NCBI GenBank assembly: GCA_040767195.1
Contig: JAXGPA010000003.1
Location: forward strand, 32,001 to 96,000
Source of the DNA: Syntrophales bacterium
GTDB lineage: Bacteria; Desulfobacterota; Syntrophia; Syntrophales; UBA6807
Direction: 5' to 3'
DNA length: 64,000 bases
Part shown: positions 1-11,756 of the stretch, one piece after another
How the letters are laid out: every line of letters starts with the position of its first letter
Position numbering within the stretch: position 1 is the first letter of the stretch
Position numbers and translations under genes: made by a program
Notes under the pieces: generated by a model
Told to the model about the DNA's origin: nothing
Databases searched by the model: none
Seen by the model: only the letters and a program-made list of their open reading frames with translations

Positions 1-15
1 GATGACTTTCACCAT
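1..15 (-). CDS. dapB: 5' end of probable 4-hydroxy-tetrahydrodipicolinate reductase (runs off the window)
   Basis: ATG at 15 reads MVKVI, with a G-rich RBS upstream. It sits directly downstream of dapA, the usual dapA-dapB order. Only 5 codons are visible. Confidence 0.45.
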
Positions 16-180
16 GACAACACCCCCTTCTTATCCATTTTCAGCGTTTCTCACTGATTCACCTTGCCCGGTGCACCCGCCGAAACCCTGTGAAGACAGA
101 TCCTCATAAACCCGGGAACAGGGCGGCGGCGTGAGAAGGTCTCCCGACCGTCGCCCGGGCTTTCAGGCGGGAGGACGGAC

Positions 181-1059
181 CTATGCCTTGATGAGGCCGT
201 AATCCAAAAGGACCTTTTTCATGCGGGCATCATTGGCTTCGGACATCCGGCACAGGGGGAGGCGGACCTCGTATTGAATTTTTCCCATCATGGAAAGAGC
301 CGCCTTGGACGGGATGGGATTCGTTTCGAAGAAAAGCGCCTCCATGAGGGGCCACATCTTGTAGTGGTAGTCATTGGCCTTTTTGAGATCCTTTGCCTCG
401 AAGGCGTCGACGAGGCCGGCCATGTCCGCCGGGGCGACGTTTGAAATCACCGAAATAACCCCTTTGCCTCCCACGGCGAGAAGGGGAAGAACGGTGAAGT
501 CGTCCCCTGACAGAACGGAAAACTCCTTGTCCACGAGGCTGAGGATCTTGCTCACCTGCTTCAGGTCCCCCGTGGCTTCCTTGAGGGCCACGATGTTGCT
601 GATCCTGGAAAGCCGGGCGACGGTTTCGGGCAGGATGTTCGTTCCCGTTCGCGAGGGCACGTTGTAGGGGATGATGGGAATCGGCACCTGCTCCGCCACG
701 GTTTTATAGTGCTGGTAAAGGCCTTCCTGGGTGGGACGGTTGTAGTAGGGGGTGACCATGAGGGCCCCGTCAGCCCCCACTTCGTGGGCGTGTTTCGTCA
801 GGCGGAGGGCTTCCCTCGTGCTGTTCGATCCCGTGCCGGCGATGACGGGCACCCGTTTTTTCACCTGGTCCACGACGATCTCGACGACCCGGTCGTGCTC
901 TTCGTGTGAAAGGGTCGCCGACTCTCCCGTAGTGCCGCAGGGAACGATACCGTCGGTTCCGCTTTCAATCTGGAACTCGACCAGTTCCCTGAGGGCCTCC
1001 TCATCCACCTCTCCATTCTTGAAAGGTGTCACAATGGCAACGATCGCTCCTTTAAACAT
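181..1059 (-). CDS. dapA: 4-hydroxy-tetrahydrodipicolinate synthase
   Basis: Motifs GTTGES, PYYNRP, YNVPSRTG, LKEATG, SGDD, ETNPIP. Start moved to MFKGAIVAIVTPF, which follows a GGGAGG RBS. Confidence 0.97.
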   Translation of the reverse strand: MFKGAIVAIVTPFKNGEVDEEALRELVEFQIESGTDGIVPCGTTGESATLSHEEHDRVVEIVVDQVKKRVPVIAGTGSNSTREALRLTKHAHEVGADGALMVTPYYNRPTQEGLYQHYKTVAEQVPIPIIPYNVPSRTGTNILPETVARLSRISNIVALKEATGDLKQVSKILSLVDKEFSVLSGDDFTVLPLLAVGGKGVISVISNVAPADMAGLVDAFEAKDLKKANDYHYKMWPLMEALFFETNPIPSKAALSMMGKIQYEVRLPLCRMSEANDARMKKVLLDYGLIKA

Positions 1060-1183
1060 CTTTTCCTCCCTTGCCTCTTTTTGCCTCGTTGATCCTGTGC
1101 CGTTCCCGGCACTCACCGGGACCGGTTCTCCCTCGTTTCGCCCTCCCGGCCGTTTATGAAAAGACCCTTTCCGGAAGGATTAT

Positions 1184-2449
1184 TTATTCCCCCCGGGCAA
1201 TGAAATCGGGGATACGCTCTCCCCGAACCAGGTCTTCGTACACCTCCCGATCCCGGACGACGATGTATTCGCCGTCCCGCACCAGCACTTCGGCAACCCG
1301 GGGCCTCGAATTGTAGTTCGAGGCCATGGTGAAACCATAGGCGCCCGCGCTCATGACGGCCAGAAGGTCGCCCCGGCTAGCGGCGGGGAGGTCCCGTTTC
1401 CTGGCCAGAAAATCGCCGGATTCGCAGATGGGGCCGACAATATCCGCCCGGATCTTTCCGTCATCCCTCGGGGTGATCGGCTGGATGAAATGGTAGGAAC
1501 CGTAAAGGCTCGGACGAATGAGGTCGTTCATCCCCGCATCGACGATGACGAAGTTCTTGTCTTCGTGATTCTTCGTGTAAAGGACACGGGTCACGAGAAT
1601 GCCGGCGTTTCCCACGATGACCCGGCCCGGTTCCAGGACAAAGGTCACGTCGAGGTCTCCCGCGCGCTCGATGATGGCTTCCGCGTAGTCGGAGGGATGG
1701 GGCGGCGTTTCCAGGTTGTAGGTGATGCCCAATCCTCCGCCCAGGTCGAGATAGCGGACGGGGATCCCGTCTTCCCGAAGAAGGGAAATCAGTTTCTTCA
1801 GTCTTTCCAGGGCGTCGAGAAAGGGGTTCATGTCCGTAATCTGGGAGCCGATGTGGCAGTCGACGCCGATGATGTCGATGTGTTTCAGTTCCGCCGCTTT
1901 CCGGTAGGTTTCGCGGGATTTTTCGATGTTGATACCGAACTTGTTTTCCTTGAGGCCCGTGGAGATATGGGGATGGGTCATGGGATCCACGTCGGGGTTC
2001 ACCCGGATGGCGATGGGCGCCTTTTTACCCAGGCGTCCGGCGACCCCGTCGATGACCTCCAGTTCCTGGAAGGATTCGATGTTGAACATGAGGATGCCCG
2101 TCTCGAGGGCGAAGGTGATTTCGTCCTCCCGTTTTCCCACTCCCGAATAAACGATCTTTCCGGGGTCCGCCCCGGCCTTGAGAGCCCGGAAAAGTTCCCC
2201 GCCCGAGACGATATCGACGCCGCTGCCCAGAGCGATGAGCGTTCCGAGGACGGCCATGTTGGAATTGGCCTTGGCGGAAAAGCACACCACGTGAGGGACC
2301 TGGCGGAAGGCTTCGTCGAAAACCTGGTAGTGCCGCTTCAGGGTCCGGTGACTGTAGAGGTAGAAAGGTGTTCCCACCGCCTCGGCGATTTTCCGCACGG
2401 GCACATCTTCACACCAGAGCTCGTTTTCACGGACATGGAAGTAATTCAC
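1184..2449 (-). CDS. lysA: diaminopimelate decarboxylase
   Basis: PLP-lysine motif FSAKAN, plus HIGSQ, DLGGG, EPGR, GPICESGD, GAYG..MASNYN. GTG start at 2449 after GGAGAAGG. Confidence 0.96.
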   Translation of the reverse strand: MNYFHVRENELWCEDVPVRKIAEAVGTPFYLYSHRTLKRHYQVFDEAFRQVPHVVCFSAKANSNMAVLGTLIALGSGVDIVSGGELFRALKAGADPGKIVYSGVGKREDEITFALETGILMFNIESFQELEVIDGVAGRLGKKAPIAIRVNPDVDPMTHPHISTGLKENKFGINIEKSRETYRKAAELKHIDIIGVDCHIGSQITDMNPFLDALERLKKLISLLREDGIPVRYLDLGGGLGITYNLETPPHPSDYAEAIIERAGDLDVTFVLEPGRVIVGNAGILVTRVLYTKNHEDKNFVIVDAGMNDLIRPSLYGSYHFIQPITPRDDGKIRADIVGPICESGDFLARKRDLPAASRGDLLAVMSAGAYGFTMASNYNSRPRVAEVLVRDGEYIVVRDREVYEDLVRGERIPDFIARGE

Positions 2450-2626
2450 ACGCCTTCTCCTTGGCTTCTTGTATCCGATTTCGGGCTCATATTTCAAGAC
2501 ACCGGGATCATTTTTTTAGAAATTCTTCCGCTTCTTCTACAGGCGCCGGGATGGACCGCAGGCAGAGATTCCGCCGGTCCACGGCGAAAGCCGCCGGCCA
2601 TGCGGGCGGGCCGTCACGGCTCGTTG

Positions 2627-3073
2627 TCAGTAAAGGATTTCCACGGGAGAGGAGGGTTCGCTGCACAAACCCGGGTCTTCGCAGTGGACAACCCGATAGG
2701 CATAAAAATTTCCCGCCGTCACGTCACCGTCCAGGAGGACGGCCGTCCCGTCTTTCTGGAATACGGCGGAATCCCGGCGTTCCGCCGCGCGAAAAGGCAC
2801 AAAATTCCGTGGGCAGCCGGGACAGGCCGCTTCCCGGGACAGGACACTCCTGAAGACACGGTAGGTTTCCCGTCCCGAGGCGCCCGGTGGGGCGCTCCAG
2901 CACAGAACGACGCCACCGGCGTCCCGTGCGGCGCTGATGTCCGTCACGACGGCCGGCCGCTTTCCGGCGGGACAGACAGGGTCTGCTTTTTTTCCGCAGG
3001 CCGCCGGGAGAAGGCAGCTCAATGCCAAAAGCAGGACAAAAACCGGTTCAATCCCGCGTCGGCTTTTTCTCAC
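2627..3073 (-). CDS. lipoprotein (LptM/LppL-like N-terminus with a fibronectin-III-like domain)
   Basis: Hydrophobic stretch and lipobox-like PAAC-GKKADP, then a W...YRVFRS...YAYRV pattern. Position between argH and lysA is typical. Start uncertain. Confidence 0.65.
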   Translation of the reverse strand: MRKSRRGIEPVFVLLLALSCLLPAACGKKADPVCPAGKRPAVVTDISAARDAGGVVLCWSAPPGASGRETYRVFRSVLSREAACPGCPRNFVPFRAAERRDSAVFQKDGTAVLLDGDVTAGNFYAYRVVHCEDPGLCSEPSSPVEILY

Positions 3074-4451
3074 CCGTGGACTCGAGTTCTTCAATGCGTG
3101 CGGCCACCGTGTCATGAGCCGTTCCCCCGGGGATCTTTCTGGTTTTGACGGAGTATTCCGGTGTCAGAAGGGCGTAGACCCCTTCATCGAAGCCGGGATA
3201 AAAGTTCTGGAATTCCGGCAAGCTGAGGGCTTTCAGGTCTTTCCCCTGGTCCAGGGCGTACCGGACGATCCGGCCGACGATGCCGTGGGCCTCCCGGAAC
3301 GGGATACCCCGGGTCACGAGATGCTCCGCCAGGTCCGTAGCCGTCGAAAATCCGGCGGACACCTTTTCGTACATCCGGTCCCGGTTGAACGTGACGTGGT
3401 TCAGCATCCCCGTGAATACGCGAACGGAGGCCGTCACCGTCTCCACCGTATCGAAGAGAGGTTCCTTGTCCTCCTGGAGATCCCGGTTGTATGTCATGGG
3501 CAGTCCTTTCAGGACCGTGAGCAGGGCCAACAGGTTCCCGTAGACACGCCCCGTCTTCCCCCGCACGAGTTCCGCCACGTCGGGGTTTTTCTTCTGGGGC
3601 ATGATGCTGCTTCCGGTGGTGTAGGCGTCGGACAGGCTGACGAAGCCGAATTCCTCGGTGGACCAGAGGATGAGATCCTCGCAGAACCGGCTCAGGTGCA
3701 TCATGACAAGGGCGCTGTCGAAGATGAACTCGGCGGCGAAATCCCGGTCGGATACAGCGTCCATGCTGTTTTTCGAGATTTCCGGAAAATCGAGAAGGTC
3801 CGCCGTGACGGACCGGTCCAGGGGCAGCCCCGTTCCGGCCAGGGCCGCCGACCCGAGGGGCGACACGTTGACCCGCACGAGGCAGTCTTTCAGCCGTGCC
3901 GTATCCCGGGAAAACATTTCCCAAAAGGCGAGCAGGTAGTGGGACAGGAGAACGGGCTGGGCCTGCTGGAGATGGGTGTACCCCGGGAGGATCACGCCCA
4001 GTTCCCGGCGGGCCCGGGTGATAAGAAAAGATTTCAGGGTTTCCAGTTCCGCCAGGAGGGCCTTCAGGGCGTCCCGGAGATAGAGCCGAATGTCAAGGGC
4101 CACCTGGTCGTTCCGGCTTCTTCCCGTGTGAAGCTTGCCGCCTGCCTCCCCGACTCGGGCGATGAGGGCCTTTTCGACGGCCATGTGGATGTCCTCAAGA
4201 TCCGCCGTAAACGGGAAGGTCCCCGCTTCCATCTCCTTCCCGATGGCGTCAAGGCCTGCCAGGATCGCCGCTTCCTCTTCGGCTGCGATAAGACCCTGAC
4301 GGGCCAGCATCCGGCAATGGGCCCTGCTTCCTTCGATATCATACCGGTGAAGCTTCCGATCGAAGGCGATGGAAGATGTGAATTCCTCCACCAGGTGGTC
4401 CGTACCCTCGGTGAAACGGCCTGCCCAGGGTTTTTCCTTCTGGTCCGTCAT
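3048..4451 (-). CDS. argH: argininosuccinate lyase
   Basis: WAGRF, EDIH, HTGRSRNDQ, PGYTHLQ, signature GSSIMPQKKNPD, YNRDLQEDKE. Confidence 0.98.
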   Translation of the reverse strand: MTDQKEKPWAGRFTEGTDHLVEEFTSSIAFDRKLHRYDIEGSRAHCRMLARQGLIAAEEEAAILAGLDAIGKEMEAGTFPFTADLEDIHMAVEKALIARVGEAGGKLHTGRSRNDQVALDIRLYLRDALKALLAELETLKSFLITRARRELGVILPGYTHLQQAQPVLLSHYLLAFWEMFSRDTARLKDCLVRVNVSPLGSAALAGTGLPLDRSVTADLLDFPEISKNSMDAVSDRDFAAEFIFDSALVMMHLSRFCEDLILWSTEEFGFVSLSDAYTTGSSIMPQKKNPDVAELVRGKTGRVYGNLLALLTVLKGLPMTYNRDLQEDKEPLFDTVETVTASVRVFTGMLNHVTFNRDRMYEKVSAGFSTATDLAEHLVTRGIPFREAHGIVGRIVRYALDQGKDLKALSLPEFQNFYPGFDEGVYALLTPEYSVKTRKIPGGTAHDTVAARIEELESTGEKKPTRD

Positions 4452-4471
4452 GGCGCTTTCCGTTTCTTCCG

Positions 4472-5677
4472 CTACCGGTCCAGGAGGGCCCGGATCCGCA
4501 TGCGGAGCGCGTTCAGCCGGATGAAACCGGTGGCGTCCTTCTGGTCGTAGACGGCATCCCGGTCAAAGGTGGCGAAATCCTCGCTGTAAAGGGATTTGGG
4601 TGATTTTCTCCCGGCCACGATGCAGTTCCCCTTGTAGAGTTTCATCCGGGCCGTTCCCGTTACATCCTTCTGGGTGTCGTCAATGAATTTCTGAAGGGTT
4701 TCCCGCTCCGGGGCGTACCAGAAACCGTTGTACATGAGCTGTGAAATCTTGGGAATGAGGCCATCCCGGAGCAGCATGACCTCGCGGTCCATGGTGATGG
4801 ATTCCACGGCCCGGTGGGCTGCCCACAGAACAGTGCCGCCGGGGGTTTCATAGACGCCCCTGGATTTCATGCCCACGAACCGGTTTTCCACCATGTCCAC
4901 CCGGCCGATGCCGTTGGCGCCGGCGATGCCGTTGAGATGGTCCAGAAGCGCCGCCGGGGACATGGCCTTTCCATCCACCGCCACGGGGTTGCCTTCATCG
5001 AAGTCGATGTCCACGTAGGTCGGCTTGTCCGGCGCTTTTTCCGGGGAGGTGGTGAGGACGAAAATCTCCTCGGGGGCCTCCGCCCAGGGATCCTCCAGGA
5101 TTCCCCCCTCGTGGGAAATGTGAAGGATGTTCCGGTCTTCGCTGTAGGGCTTTTTCTTTGTCATGGTGATGGGAATGCGGTACTTGGCCGCGTAGTCGAT
5201 CATGGCGTCCCGGGACCGGAGGTCCCAGCGGTCGTCCTTCCAGGGGGATATGATCCGGATGTTCGGTTCCAGGGCCATGAAGGTCATCTCGAAACGGACC
5301 TGGTCGTTTCCCTTGCCTGTCGCTCCATGACACACGGCGTCGGCCTTTTCCATACGGGCGATTTCCACCTGCCTCTTGGCGATGAGGGGACGGGCGAGGG
5401 AGGTGCCCATGAGATACGTGCCTTCATAGATGGCATTGGCTCGCAGGGCTGGGAAAACGAAGTCCCGGACGAACTCTTCCGTCAGGTCCTCGATGTAGAT
5501 CTTGCTGGCCCCCGTTTTCAGGGCCTTCTCTTCCAGCCCCGTCAGCTCCTCCTTCTGCCCCACGTCGGCGGCGAAGCAGACGACTTCGCACCCGAAAGTC
5601 TCGATGAGCCACCGGACGATGACGGACGTATCCAACCCGCCCGAGTAGGCGAGAACGACTTTTTTCACTTCACTCAT
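4472..5677 (-). CDS. argG: argininosuccinate synthase
   Basis: [41 protein letters not shown]. Confidence 0.98.
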   Translation of the reverse strand: MSEVKKVVLAYSGGLDTSVIVRWLIETFGCEVVCFAADVGQKEELTGLEEKALKTGASKIYIEDLTEEFVRDFVFPALRANAIYEGTYLMGTSLARPLIAKRQVEIARMEKADAVCHGATGKGNDQVRFEMTFMALEPNIRIISPWKDDRWDLRSRDAMIDYAAKYRIPITMTKKKPYSEDRNILHISHEGGILEDPWAEAPEEIFVLTTSPEKAPDKPTYVDIDFDEGNPVAVDGKAMSPAALLDHLNGIAGANGIGRVDMVENRFVGMKSRGVYETPGGTVLWAAHRAVESITMDREVMLLRDGLIPKISQLMYNGFWYAPERETLQKFIDDTQKDVTGTARMKLYKGNCIVAGRKSPKSLYSEDFATFDRDAVYDQKDATGFIRLNALRMRIRALLDR

Positions 5678-6596
5678 GGGGTCTTCCTCCTAACAGTGTT
5701 TCCAGAACCGCTTTCTGGATGTGCAGGCGGTTTTCCGCCTGATCGTATACGATGGATCGGGGCCCGTCCATGACCGCGTCGGTGATTTCCTCGCCCCGGT
5801 GGGCGGGAAGGCAGTGCATGACCAGCACGTCCTTTTTCGCGTTTTCAAGAAGGGCGTTGTTGACCTGGTAGGGCCGGAAAACGGTTTTCCGGCTTTCAGC
5901 CTCCTCTTCCTGTCCCATGCTGGCCCACACATCGGTGTAGACCACGTCGGCCCCCCGGGCAGCCTCGGCGGGGTCGCGGAAGAGCGCGATCCCTTCGGGG
6001 GCGGCTTTCCGCCCCCTGTCGAGAATCCTGCTGTCCGGGTCGTATCCCTCGGGGCAGGCCAGGGAGAGATGAAAGGGAAGCCGGGCCGCGGCGTTGATCC
6101 ACGAGTTGGCCACGTTGTTCCCGTCACCGACGTAACAGATCCGGAGCCCCTTGTAGGTGCCTGTCTTTTCCTCGATGGTGAGGAGATCCCCCAGGATCTG
6201 GCAGGGGTGGAGAAGGTCGGTGAGGCCGTTGATGACGGGAATGGAGGCTTCCCGGGCGAACTCTTCGACGAGGTCCTGGCCGAAGGTCCGGATGACAACG
6301 CCGTCGAGATACCGGGACATGACCCGGGCGGTGTCGGCGATCGTTTCCCCCCGGCCGAGCTGAATGTCCTTCCGGGACAGGAAAGTCGCCATGCCGCCCA
6401 TCTGGAACATGGCCGCCTCGAAGGACAGGCGGGTTCTCGTGGAGGACTTGTCGAAGATGAGACCGAGCATTTTGCCCTCGAGGGGACGGTAGGTAACGCC
6501 TTTTTCGAGGTACTTCTTCATCTTTTCCGCCCGCCGGAAAAAGATTTCAAAAGAGGCGGGTTCGAGATCGTAAAGGGTGAGAAGATCTTTTTTCAT
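5670..6596 (-). CDS. argF: ornithine carbamoyltransferase
   Basis: STRTR, HPCQ, DGNNV, DVWASMG, HCLP. Confidence 0.97.
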   Translation of the reverse strand: MKKDLLTLYDLEPASFEIFFRRAEKMKKYLEKGVTYRPLEGKMLGLIFDKSSTRTRLSFEAAMFQMGGMATFLSRKDIQLGRGETIADTARVMSRYLDGVVIRTFGQDLVEEFAREASIPVINGLTDLLHPCQILGDLLTIEEKTGTYKGLRICYVGDGNNVANSWINAAARLPFHLSLACPEGYDPDSRILDRGRKAAPEGIALFRDPAEAARGADVVYTDVWASMGQEEEAESRKTVFRPYQVNNALLENAKKDVLVMHCLPAHRGEEITDAVMDGPRSIVYDQAENRLHIQKAVLETLLGGRPHE

Positions 6597-7792
6597 CCTT
6601 CTTTCAGGACCTCGTCCAGGATTTCCACGGCCCGGTCCACATCGGCTTCCGTGATGACGAAGGGCGGGACGAAACGGAGCACGTTTCCGCCGGTGCAGTT
6701 GATGAGAAGGCCCTTTTTCATGGCCTTGAGGACGGCGTCGTCTCCGGGGCCGGCCAGTTCCATGCCCACCATGAGGCCTTTCCCGCGGACTTCTCGAATT
6801 GTTTCATGATCTTTCTTCAGGGTTTCCAGTCGCGACCGCAGGTAGTTTCCCATGGCCCGGCAGTGTTCCAGGGTACCTTTTTCCAGGAGGGTTTCCATGA
6901 CGGCAATTCCGGCGGCCATGCCCAGGGGGTTCCCCCCGAAGGTGGAGGCGTGGGTGCCGGGGACGAAGACGGAGGCGATGTGCTCCCGGGCCAGGAGAGC
7001 CCCCAGGGGGTAACCGTTCCCCAGGGCCTTGGCCAGGGTCATGATGTCCGGTTCCACGCCCCATTCCTCGTAAGCGAAGAGGTGGCCCGTCCGGCCCATG
7101 CCCGCCTGCACTTCGTCGAAAAGGAGAAGAATCCCCCGTTCGTCACAGAAATTCCGCAGTTCCCGGAGATAGCCGGGGGAGGGGATCCTGATGCCCCCTT
7201 CGCCCTGGATGGGTTCGACGAGAACGCCGCAGGTGTTTTCGGTAACGGCGGCGGCCAGTGCCGCCATGTCGTCGAAAGGCACGTACCGGAATCCCCCCGG
7301 GAGGGGTTCGAATCCCTCGTGGTACTTTTTCTGGGCTGTCGCCGTTACGGCCGCCAGGGTCCTCCCGTGGAAACTGTTTTCCATGGTGATGATTTCATAG
7401 CGGTGGCCTTCCATCCGCTCGTGGGCGAAGCGCCGGGCGAGCTTGATGGCCCCCTCGATGGCCTCGGCCCCGCTGTTGCAGAAGAAGACCCTGTCGGCAA
7501 AGGAATTCTCCACAAGAAGCCCGGCCAGCCGGATTTGCGGTTCGATATAGTAAAGATTTGAGACATGGGTGAGAATCTCCGCCTGCTCACGGATGGCCGC
7601 CACTACCCGGGGGTGGCTGTGACCGAGGCTGCACACGGCGATGCCCGCCAGGAAATCGAGATACTCCCGGCCGTCCGAGTCCCAGACCCGGGCGCCTTGT
7701 CCCCGGGTGAGGACGATGGGAAAACGGCGGTAGTTTCCAAAGAGATACCGGTGTGCCGCCCCGATAAGTTCTTCCGTGGTCATGTGTCCCAT
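6593..7792 (-). CDS. argD: acetylornithine aminotransferase
   Basis: Class III PLP aminotransferase motifs NSGAEA, SFHGRT, EPIQGEGG, DEVQ, LAKALG, HASTFGGNP, in arg operon context. Start set at ATG 7792. Confidence 0.95.
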   Translation of the reverse strand: MGHMTTEELIGAAHRYLFGNYRRFPIVLTRGQGARVWDSDGREYLDFLAGIAVCSLGHSHPRVVAAIREQAEILTHVSNLYYIEPQIRLAGLLVENSFADRVFFCNSGAEAIEGAIKLARRFAHERMEGHRYEIITMENSFHGRTLAAVTATAQKKYHEGFEPLPGGFRYVPFDDMAALAAAVTENTCGVLVEPIQGEGGIRIPSPGYLRELRNFCDERGILLLFDEVQAGMGRTGHLFAYEEWGVEPDIMTLAKALGNGYPLGALLAREHIASVFVPGTHASTFGGNPLGMAAGIAVMETLLEKGTLEHCRAMGNYLRSRLETLKKDHETIREVRGKGLMVGMELAGPGDDAVLKAMKKGLLINCTGGNVLRFVPPFVITEADVDRAVEILDEVLKEG

Positions 7793-7797
7793 GGTCT

Positions 7798-8694
7798 TCA
7801 ATTCCCCGTTACGATTTCCGTGCCGATTCCCCGGTCCGTGAACACTTCCAGGAGGACGGCGTGTTTTTTCCTGCCGTCGATGATGTGGGTCTTCCGGACC
7901 CCGTTTCTCAAGGCCTTGAGGCAGCATTTCACCTTGGGGTACATGCCCCCTTCGATGGTGCCCTCGGCGATGAGCCGCTGCGCCTCCCCGTTGTCCATGG
8001 TGTTGATGAGGGTTTTCCCGCCGTCGAGAACGCCGGTCACATCGGTGAGAAGGACGAGTTTCTCCGCCTGGAGTTCCGCGGCCACGGCGCCCGCCACAAG
8101 GTCGGCGTTGATGTTGTATGTCTCCCCCTCCTCGCCCACGCCCGTGGGGGCGATGACGGGGATGAAGCCGTCCCGGGCCAGGGCCTGGATCAGGCCGGCA
8201 TTGACCCGCTTCACCTTGCCCACGAGCCCGAGGTCGATGATCTCCGGGGGGGTGTCCTTCGCTTTCTCGTCGCTCAGGTAATATTTTTCGGCCACGACGA
8301 TGTCGCCGTCCTTTCCCGAGAGGCCGACGGCCTTGCCCCCGTGGTGGTTGATGAAACCGACGATTTCCTTGTTCACCTTGCCCACCAGCACCATCTCGAC
8401 GATGTCCATGGTTTCCCGGTCCGTCACCCGCATCCCCTGGACAAAACGGGATTCCTTCCCCAGTTTTTTCAGGAAACTCCCGATCTGGGGCCCGCCGCCA
8501 TGGACGATCACGGGGTTCATCCCGATGTATTTCATCATGACCACGTCGAGGGCGAAATTCTTTTTCAGATCCTCGTCCACCATGGCGTGGCCGCCGTACT
8601 TGATGACGATGGTCTTGTTGTAAAACCGCCGGATATACGGCAGGGCCTCGAGAAGAATGTCGGCCCGGTCCATGACTTTCTGGATGTCTTCCAT
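7798..8694 (-). CDS. argB: acetylglutamate kinase
   Basis: [34 protein letters not shown]. Confidence 0.97.
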   Translation of the reverse strand: MEDIQKVMDRADILLEALPYIRRFYNKTIVIKYGGHAMVDEDLKKNFALDVVMMKYIGMNPVIVHGGGPQIGSFLKKLGKESRFVQGMRVTDRETMDIVEMVLVGKVNKEIVGFINHHGGKAVGLSGKDGDIVVAEKYYLSDEKAKDTPPEIIDLGLVGKVKRVNAGLIQALARDGFIPVIAPTGVGEEGETYNINADLVAGAVAAELQAEKLVLLTDVTGVLDGGKTLINTMDNGEAQRLIAEGTIEGGMYPKVKCCLKALRNGVRKTHIIDGRKKHAVLLEVFTDRGIGTEIVTGN

Positions 8695-8743
8695 GTTCAA
8701 CCCTCGATGGGGAGATACCCGCTTTTATTGTGATTCAACCGTT

Positions 8744-10132
8744 CTAAAGAACGTACCGGCTCAGGTCCTCGTCCTCCATGATGAAGTCGAGTTTCTCCCG
8801 GACATAGTCGGCATCGATGACTATCTCCTTTTCCTGGAGATCGGGGGCGTCGAAGGAGACGTCCTCCACCAGTGTCTCCAGGATCGTGTAGAGCCTTCTC
8901 GCCCCGATGTTCTCCGTTCTCTCGTTCACCACGGCGGCCACGTCGGCGATCTGCTCGATGGCGTCGTCGGTGAACTCCAGGGAAAGCCCCTCCGTGGCCA
9001 GCATTTCCCGGTACTGAAGGATCAGGGCGTTGTCCGGTTCCGTGAGGATGCGGACGAAGTCTTCTTTTCCGAGGGAGTCCAGCTCCACCCGGATGGGGAA
9101 CCGACCCTGGAGTTCCGGGATCAGGTCCGAGGGCTTGGTGAAGCTGAAGGCGCCGGCGGCGATGAAAAGTACGTGGTCCGTCTTTACCATCCCGTATTTC
9201 GTGTTGACCGTGGAGCCTTCCACGATGGGCAGCAGGTCCCGCTGGACCCCCTCACGGGAAACATCGGGTCCGCTCGAGGCGTCGCTTCCCACGATTTTGT
9301 CGATTTCGTCAAGGAAGATGATTCCCGACTGCTCCACCCGCTCCACGGCCGTCCGTATGACCTTGTCCATGTCGACGAGCCGCTGGGCCTCCTCCTCGGC
9401 CAGTATTTCGACGGCCTCGGAAATCTTGACTTTCCGTTTCTTTTTCTTCTGGGGGAAGAGGTTTCCGAACATTTCCTTCATGTTGACCCCGAGATCCTCG
9501 ACGCCGGAGGAGGAGAAGATTTCGATCATGGGGCCCGTTCGTCCTTCGGAAACCTCGAGATCCACGGTGCGCTCGTCCAGTTTTCCGTCCCGGAAGAGTT
9601 TCCGGAGTTTTTCCCGGGTGTTGTCCCGGCCGGTCTCTTCCACGGGGAACGGCTTGACGGTGCCGTCGGGAGGGGGAAGGGCCTCCACCGAAGAGGGCGT
9701 GTCGGTCCGGCGGGGGGGCAGAAGAAGATCGAGGATCCGTTCTTCCGCCATTTCCAGGGACTTGGAGCGGACCGTTTCCTGTTCCTCCATCTTGACCATG
9801 TTGACGGAAAGCTCCAGAAGGTCGCGGATCATGGACTCCACGTCCCGTCCCACGTACCCCACCTCGGTGAACTTGGAGGCTTCCACTTTGATGAAAGGGG
9901 AATTGTCCAGCTTGGCGAGACGCCGGGCGATTTCCGTCTTTCCGACGCCGGTGGGCCCGATCATGATGATGTTTTTCGGGGCGATTTCCTCCCGGAGTTC
10001 TTCCGGGACGTTCTGCCGCCGCCACCGGTTCCGGAGAGCGATGGCCACGGCCCGCTTGGCGTCATCCTGGCCGATGATGAATTTGTCCAGTTCCGATACG
10101 ATTTCCCTGGGCGTCAAGTTTCTGGAGGGCAT
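8744..10132 (-). CDS. hslU: ATP-dependent protease ATPase subunit HslU
   Basis: [38 protein letters not shown]-terminal DLSRYVL. Confidence 0.98.
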   Translation of the reverse strand: MPSRNLTPREIVSELDKFIIGQDDAKRAVAIALRNRWRRQNVPEELREEIAPKNIIMIGPTGVGKTEIARRLAKLDNSPFIKVEASKFTEVGYVGRDVESMIRDLLELSVNMVKMEEQETVRSKSLEMAEERILDLLLPPRRTDTPSSVEALPPPDGTVKPFPVEETGRDNTREKLRKLFRDGKLDERTVDLEVSEGRTGPMIEIFSSSGVEDLGVNMKEMFGNLFPQKKKKRKVKISEAVEILAEEEAQRLVDMDKVIRTAVERVEQSGIIFLDEIDKIVGSDASSGPDVSREGVQRDLLPIVEGSTVNTKYGMVKTDHVLFIAAGAFSFTKPSDLIPELQGRFPIRVELDSLGKEDFVRILTEPDNALILQYREMLATEGLSLEFTDDAIEQIADVAAVVNERTENIGARRLYTILETLVEDVSFDAPDLQEKEIVIDADYVREKLDFIMEDEDLSRYVL

Positions 10133-10217
10133 GCCGAAGCTTCCTTATCACGCGTGATGTGACCGCGACTCGAACGGTTCGAGAAAGCCATAAACACTAT
10201 CACCAATTATTAAGTTG

Positions 10218-10811
10218 TCAAGGATTTAATCGCTTTTTAAGGCGATTTTTTTTAATCGGCGGGCCTTCCTCTTCCTCCGTGTCGATTTCTTCCAGGGTGA
10301 TGTTCTTGTTGGTGTAGACACAGATGTCGGCGGCTATTTCCATGGCTTCCCGGACGATTTCCGGCGCCTCGAGCCCGGACCGGCGGATCAGCGCACGGGC
10401 GGCGGCCAGGGCGTAGGGCCCCCCGGAACCGATGGCCATGACCTCATCGTCCGATTCGACCACGTCCCCGTTGCCTGAAATAATGAGGGCGTTTTCGCGG
10501 CTCACGGCGATCATGAGGGCCTCGAGATGCCGAAGAACCCGGTCGGTGCGCCAGTCCTTGGCCAGTTCAACAGCCGAGCGGAGCAGGTTCCCGCCGAAAA
10601 GTTCCAGCTTCTGGTCGAACCGTTCGAAAAGAGTGAACGCGTCCGCCGTGGCGCCGGCGAAGCCGACGATCACCCGGTTGTGATAGAGTCTTCGGACCTT
10701 CTTCGCCCCGTGCTTCAGGATGGTCATGTCCAGAGTCACCTGGCCGTCCCCGGCCACGGCGATCTTTCCCTTGTGGCGGACGGCGAGGATGGTGGTTCCG
10801 TGCATTTTCAT
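10218..10811 (-). CDS. hslV: ATP-dependent protease peptidase subunit HslV
   Basis: HGTTI (catalytic Thr), [29 protein letters not shown]. Confidence 0.97.
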   Translation of the reverse strand: MKMHGTTILAVRHKGKIAVAGDGQVTLDMTILKHGAKKVRRLYHNRVIVGFAGATADAFTLFERFDQKLELFGGNLLRSAVELAKDWRTDRVLRHLEALMIAVSRENALIISGNGDVVESDDEVMAIGSGGPYALAAARALIRRSGLEAPEIVREAMEIAADICVYTNKNITLEEIDTEEEEGPPIKKNRLKKRLNP

Positions 10812-11752
10812 CGGCTGTTCTTTGCTCCTTTCGCTTTGGGGTGTGCCCTGTCATACACGTCCATGAGGCGCATGACCGTGGCCGACGTGTATTTCTGGGT
10901 CGTCGACAGGCTTTCGTGACCTAAAAGTTCCTGTATCGTTCGCAGGTCCGCCCCGGCATCCATAAGGTGAGTGGCGAAACTGTGCCTCAGGGCGTGGGGA
11001 CTGATTCTGCCCGGGATTCCTGTCTCTCTCACCCTCTTGTCGAGGAGACGGGCGACGCCCCGCGGGGTGAGACGGGTCCCGAAACGGTTGAGAAAGAACG
11101 GGGAGGCCCCCTCCCGGGGCAGGCCGGTTTTTTTCCTGTCCGAGAGATACCCCTGAAGGGCTTTCCCGGCAGCAGGACCAAAGGGGACGATACGTTCTTT
11201 TCTGCCTTTTCCCACGACCCGGATAAGTCCGTTTTCCAGGTCCACGTCCAGGAGGTTCAGCCCCGTCAGTTCCCCTACGCGGACACCGGAAGAGTAAAGG
11301 AGTTCCAGGATGGCCCGGTCCCGCCGACCCGTCGGCGTTTCCGGCGACGGCCCGTCCAGCAGGGCGAAGGCTTCGTCCACCGTGAGAAACCGGGGCAGGT
11401 GTCTTTCTCCCCGGGGGGCGGAGACCTTCTCCATGGGGTTCTCGGACCGCCACCCCCTTCGAAGGAGATATCGAAAGAACGTTCTCAGGGCCGACACTTT
11501 TCTGGAAATGGAGGTCTTCTTTTCCTTGAACCGGTAGAGGCGGGACAGGAAAGCCCGGATGACGGGAACCGTCGGGGCCTCCGGGGCCAGGAGGGTGTCG
11601 TCTTTGTCTCCGTCGCCCTGTTCCTGCAGAAAAGCGAGGAACTGGTTGATGTCCGAAAGATAGTTTCGAACGGTGTGGGAGGAGAGGTTTCTCTCCTCCC
11701 GAAGGTGTTTTTCAAATGCCTCGAGGATCTCTCCCGAAGTCGGCTTGTCCAT
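10808..11752 (-). CDS. xerC: tyrosine recombinase XerC
   Basis: [49 protein letters not shown]. Core position upstream of hslVU. Confidence 0.9.
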   Translation of the reverse strand: MDKPTSGEILEAFEKHLREERNLSSHTVRNYLSDINQFLAFLQEQGDGDKDDTLLAPEAPTVPVIRAFLSRLYRFKEKKTSISRKVSALRTFFRYLLRRGWRSENPMEKVSAPRGERHLPRFLTVDEAFALLDGPSPETPTGRRDRAILELLYSSGVRVGELTGLNLLDVDLENGLIRVVGKGRKERIVPFGPAAGKALQGYLSDRKKTGLPREGASPFFLNRFGTRLTPRGVARLLDKRVRETGIPGRISPHALRHSFATHLMDAGADLRTIQELLGHESLSTTQKYTSATVMRLMDVYDRAHPKAKGAKNSR

Positions 11753-11756
11753 GGGC

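Noticed and set aside
1060..1183. Absence of dapF between lysA and dapA
   Set aside because: The gap is too short for a gene and shows no remnant. dapF may simply lie elsewhere, which cannot be judged from this window.
2450..2626. Lysine riboswitch upstream of lysA
   Set aside because: GC-rich hairpins only; the conserved lysine riboswitch elements were not found.
10808..11752. Phage or island integrase
   Set aside because: Size, motifs and position upstream of hslVU fit chromosomal XerC. No att sites or cargo genes seen.
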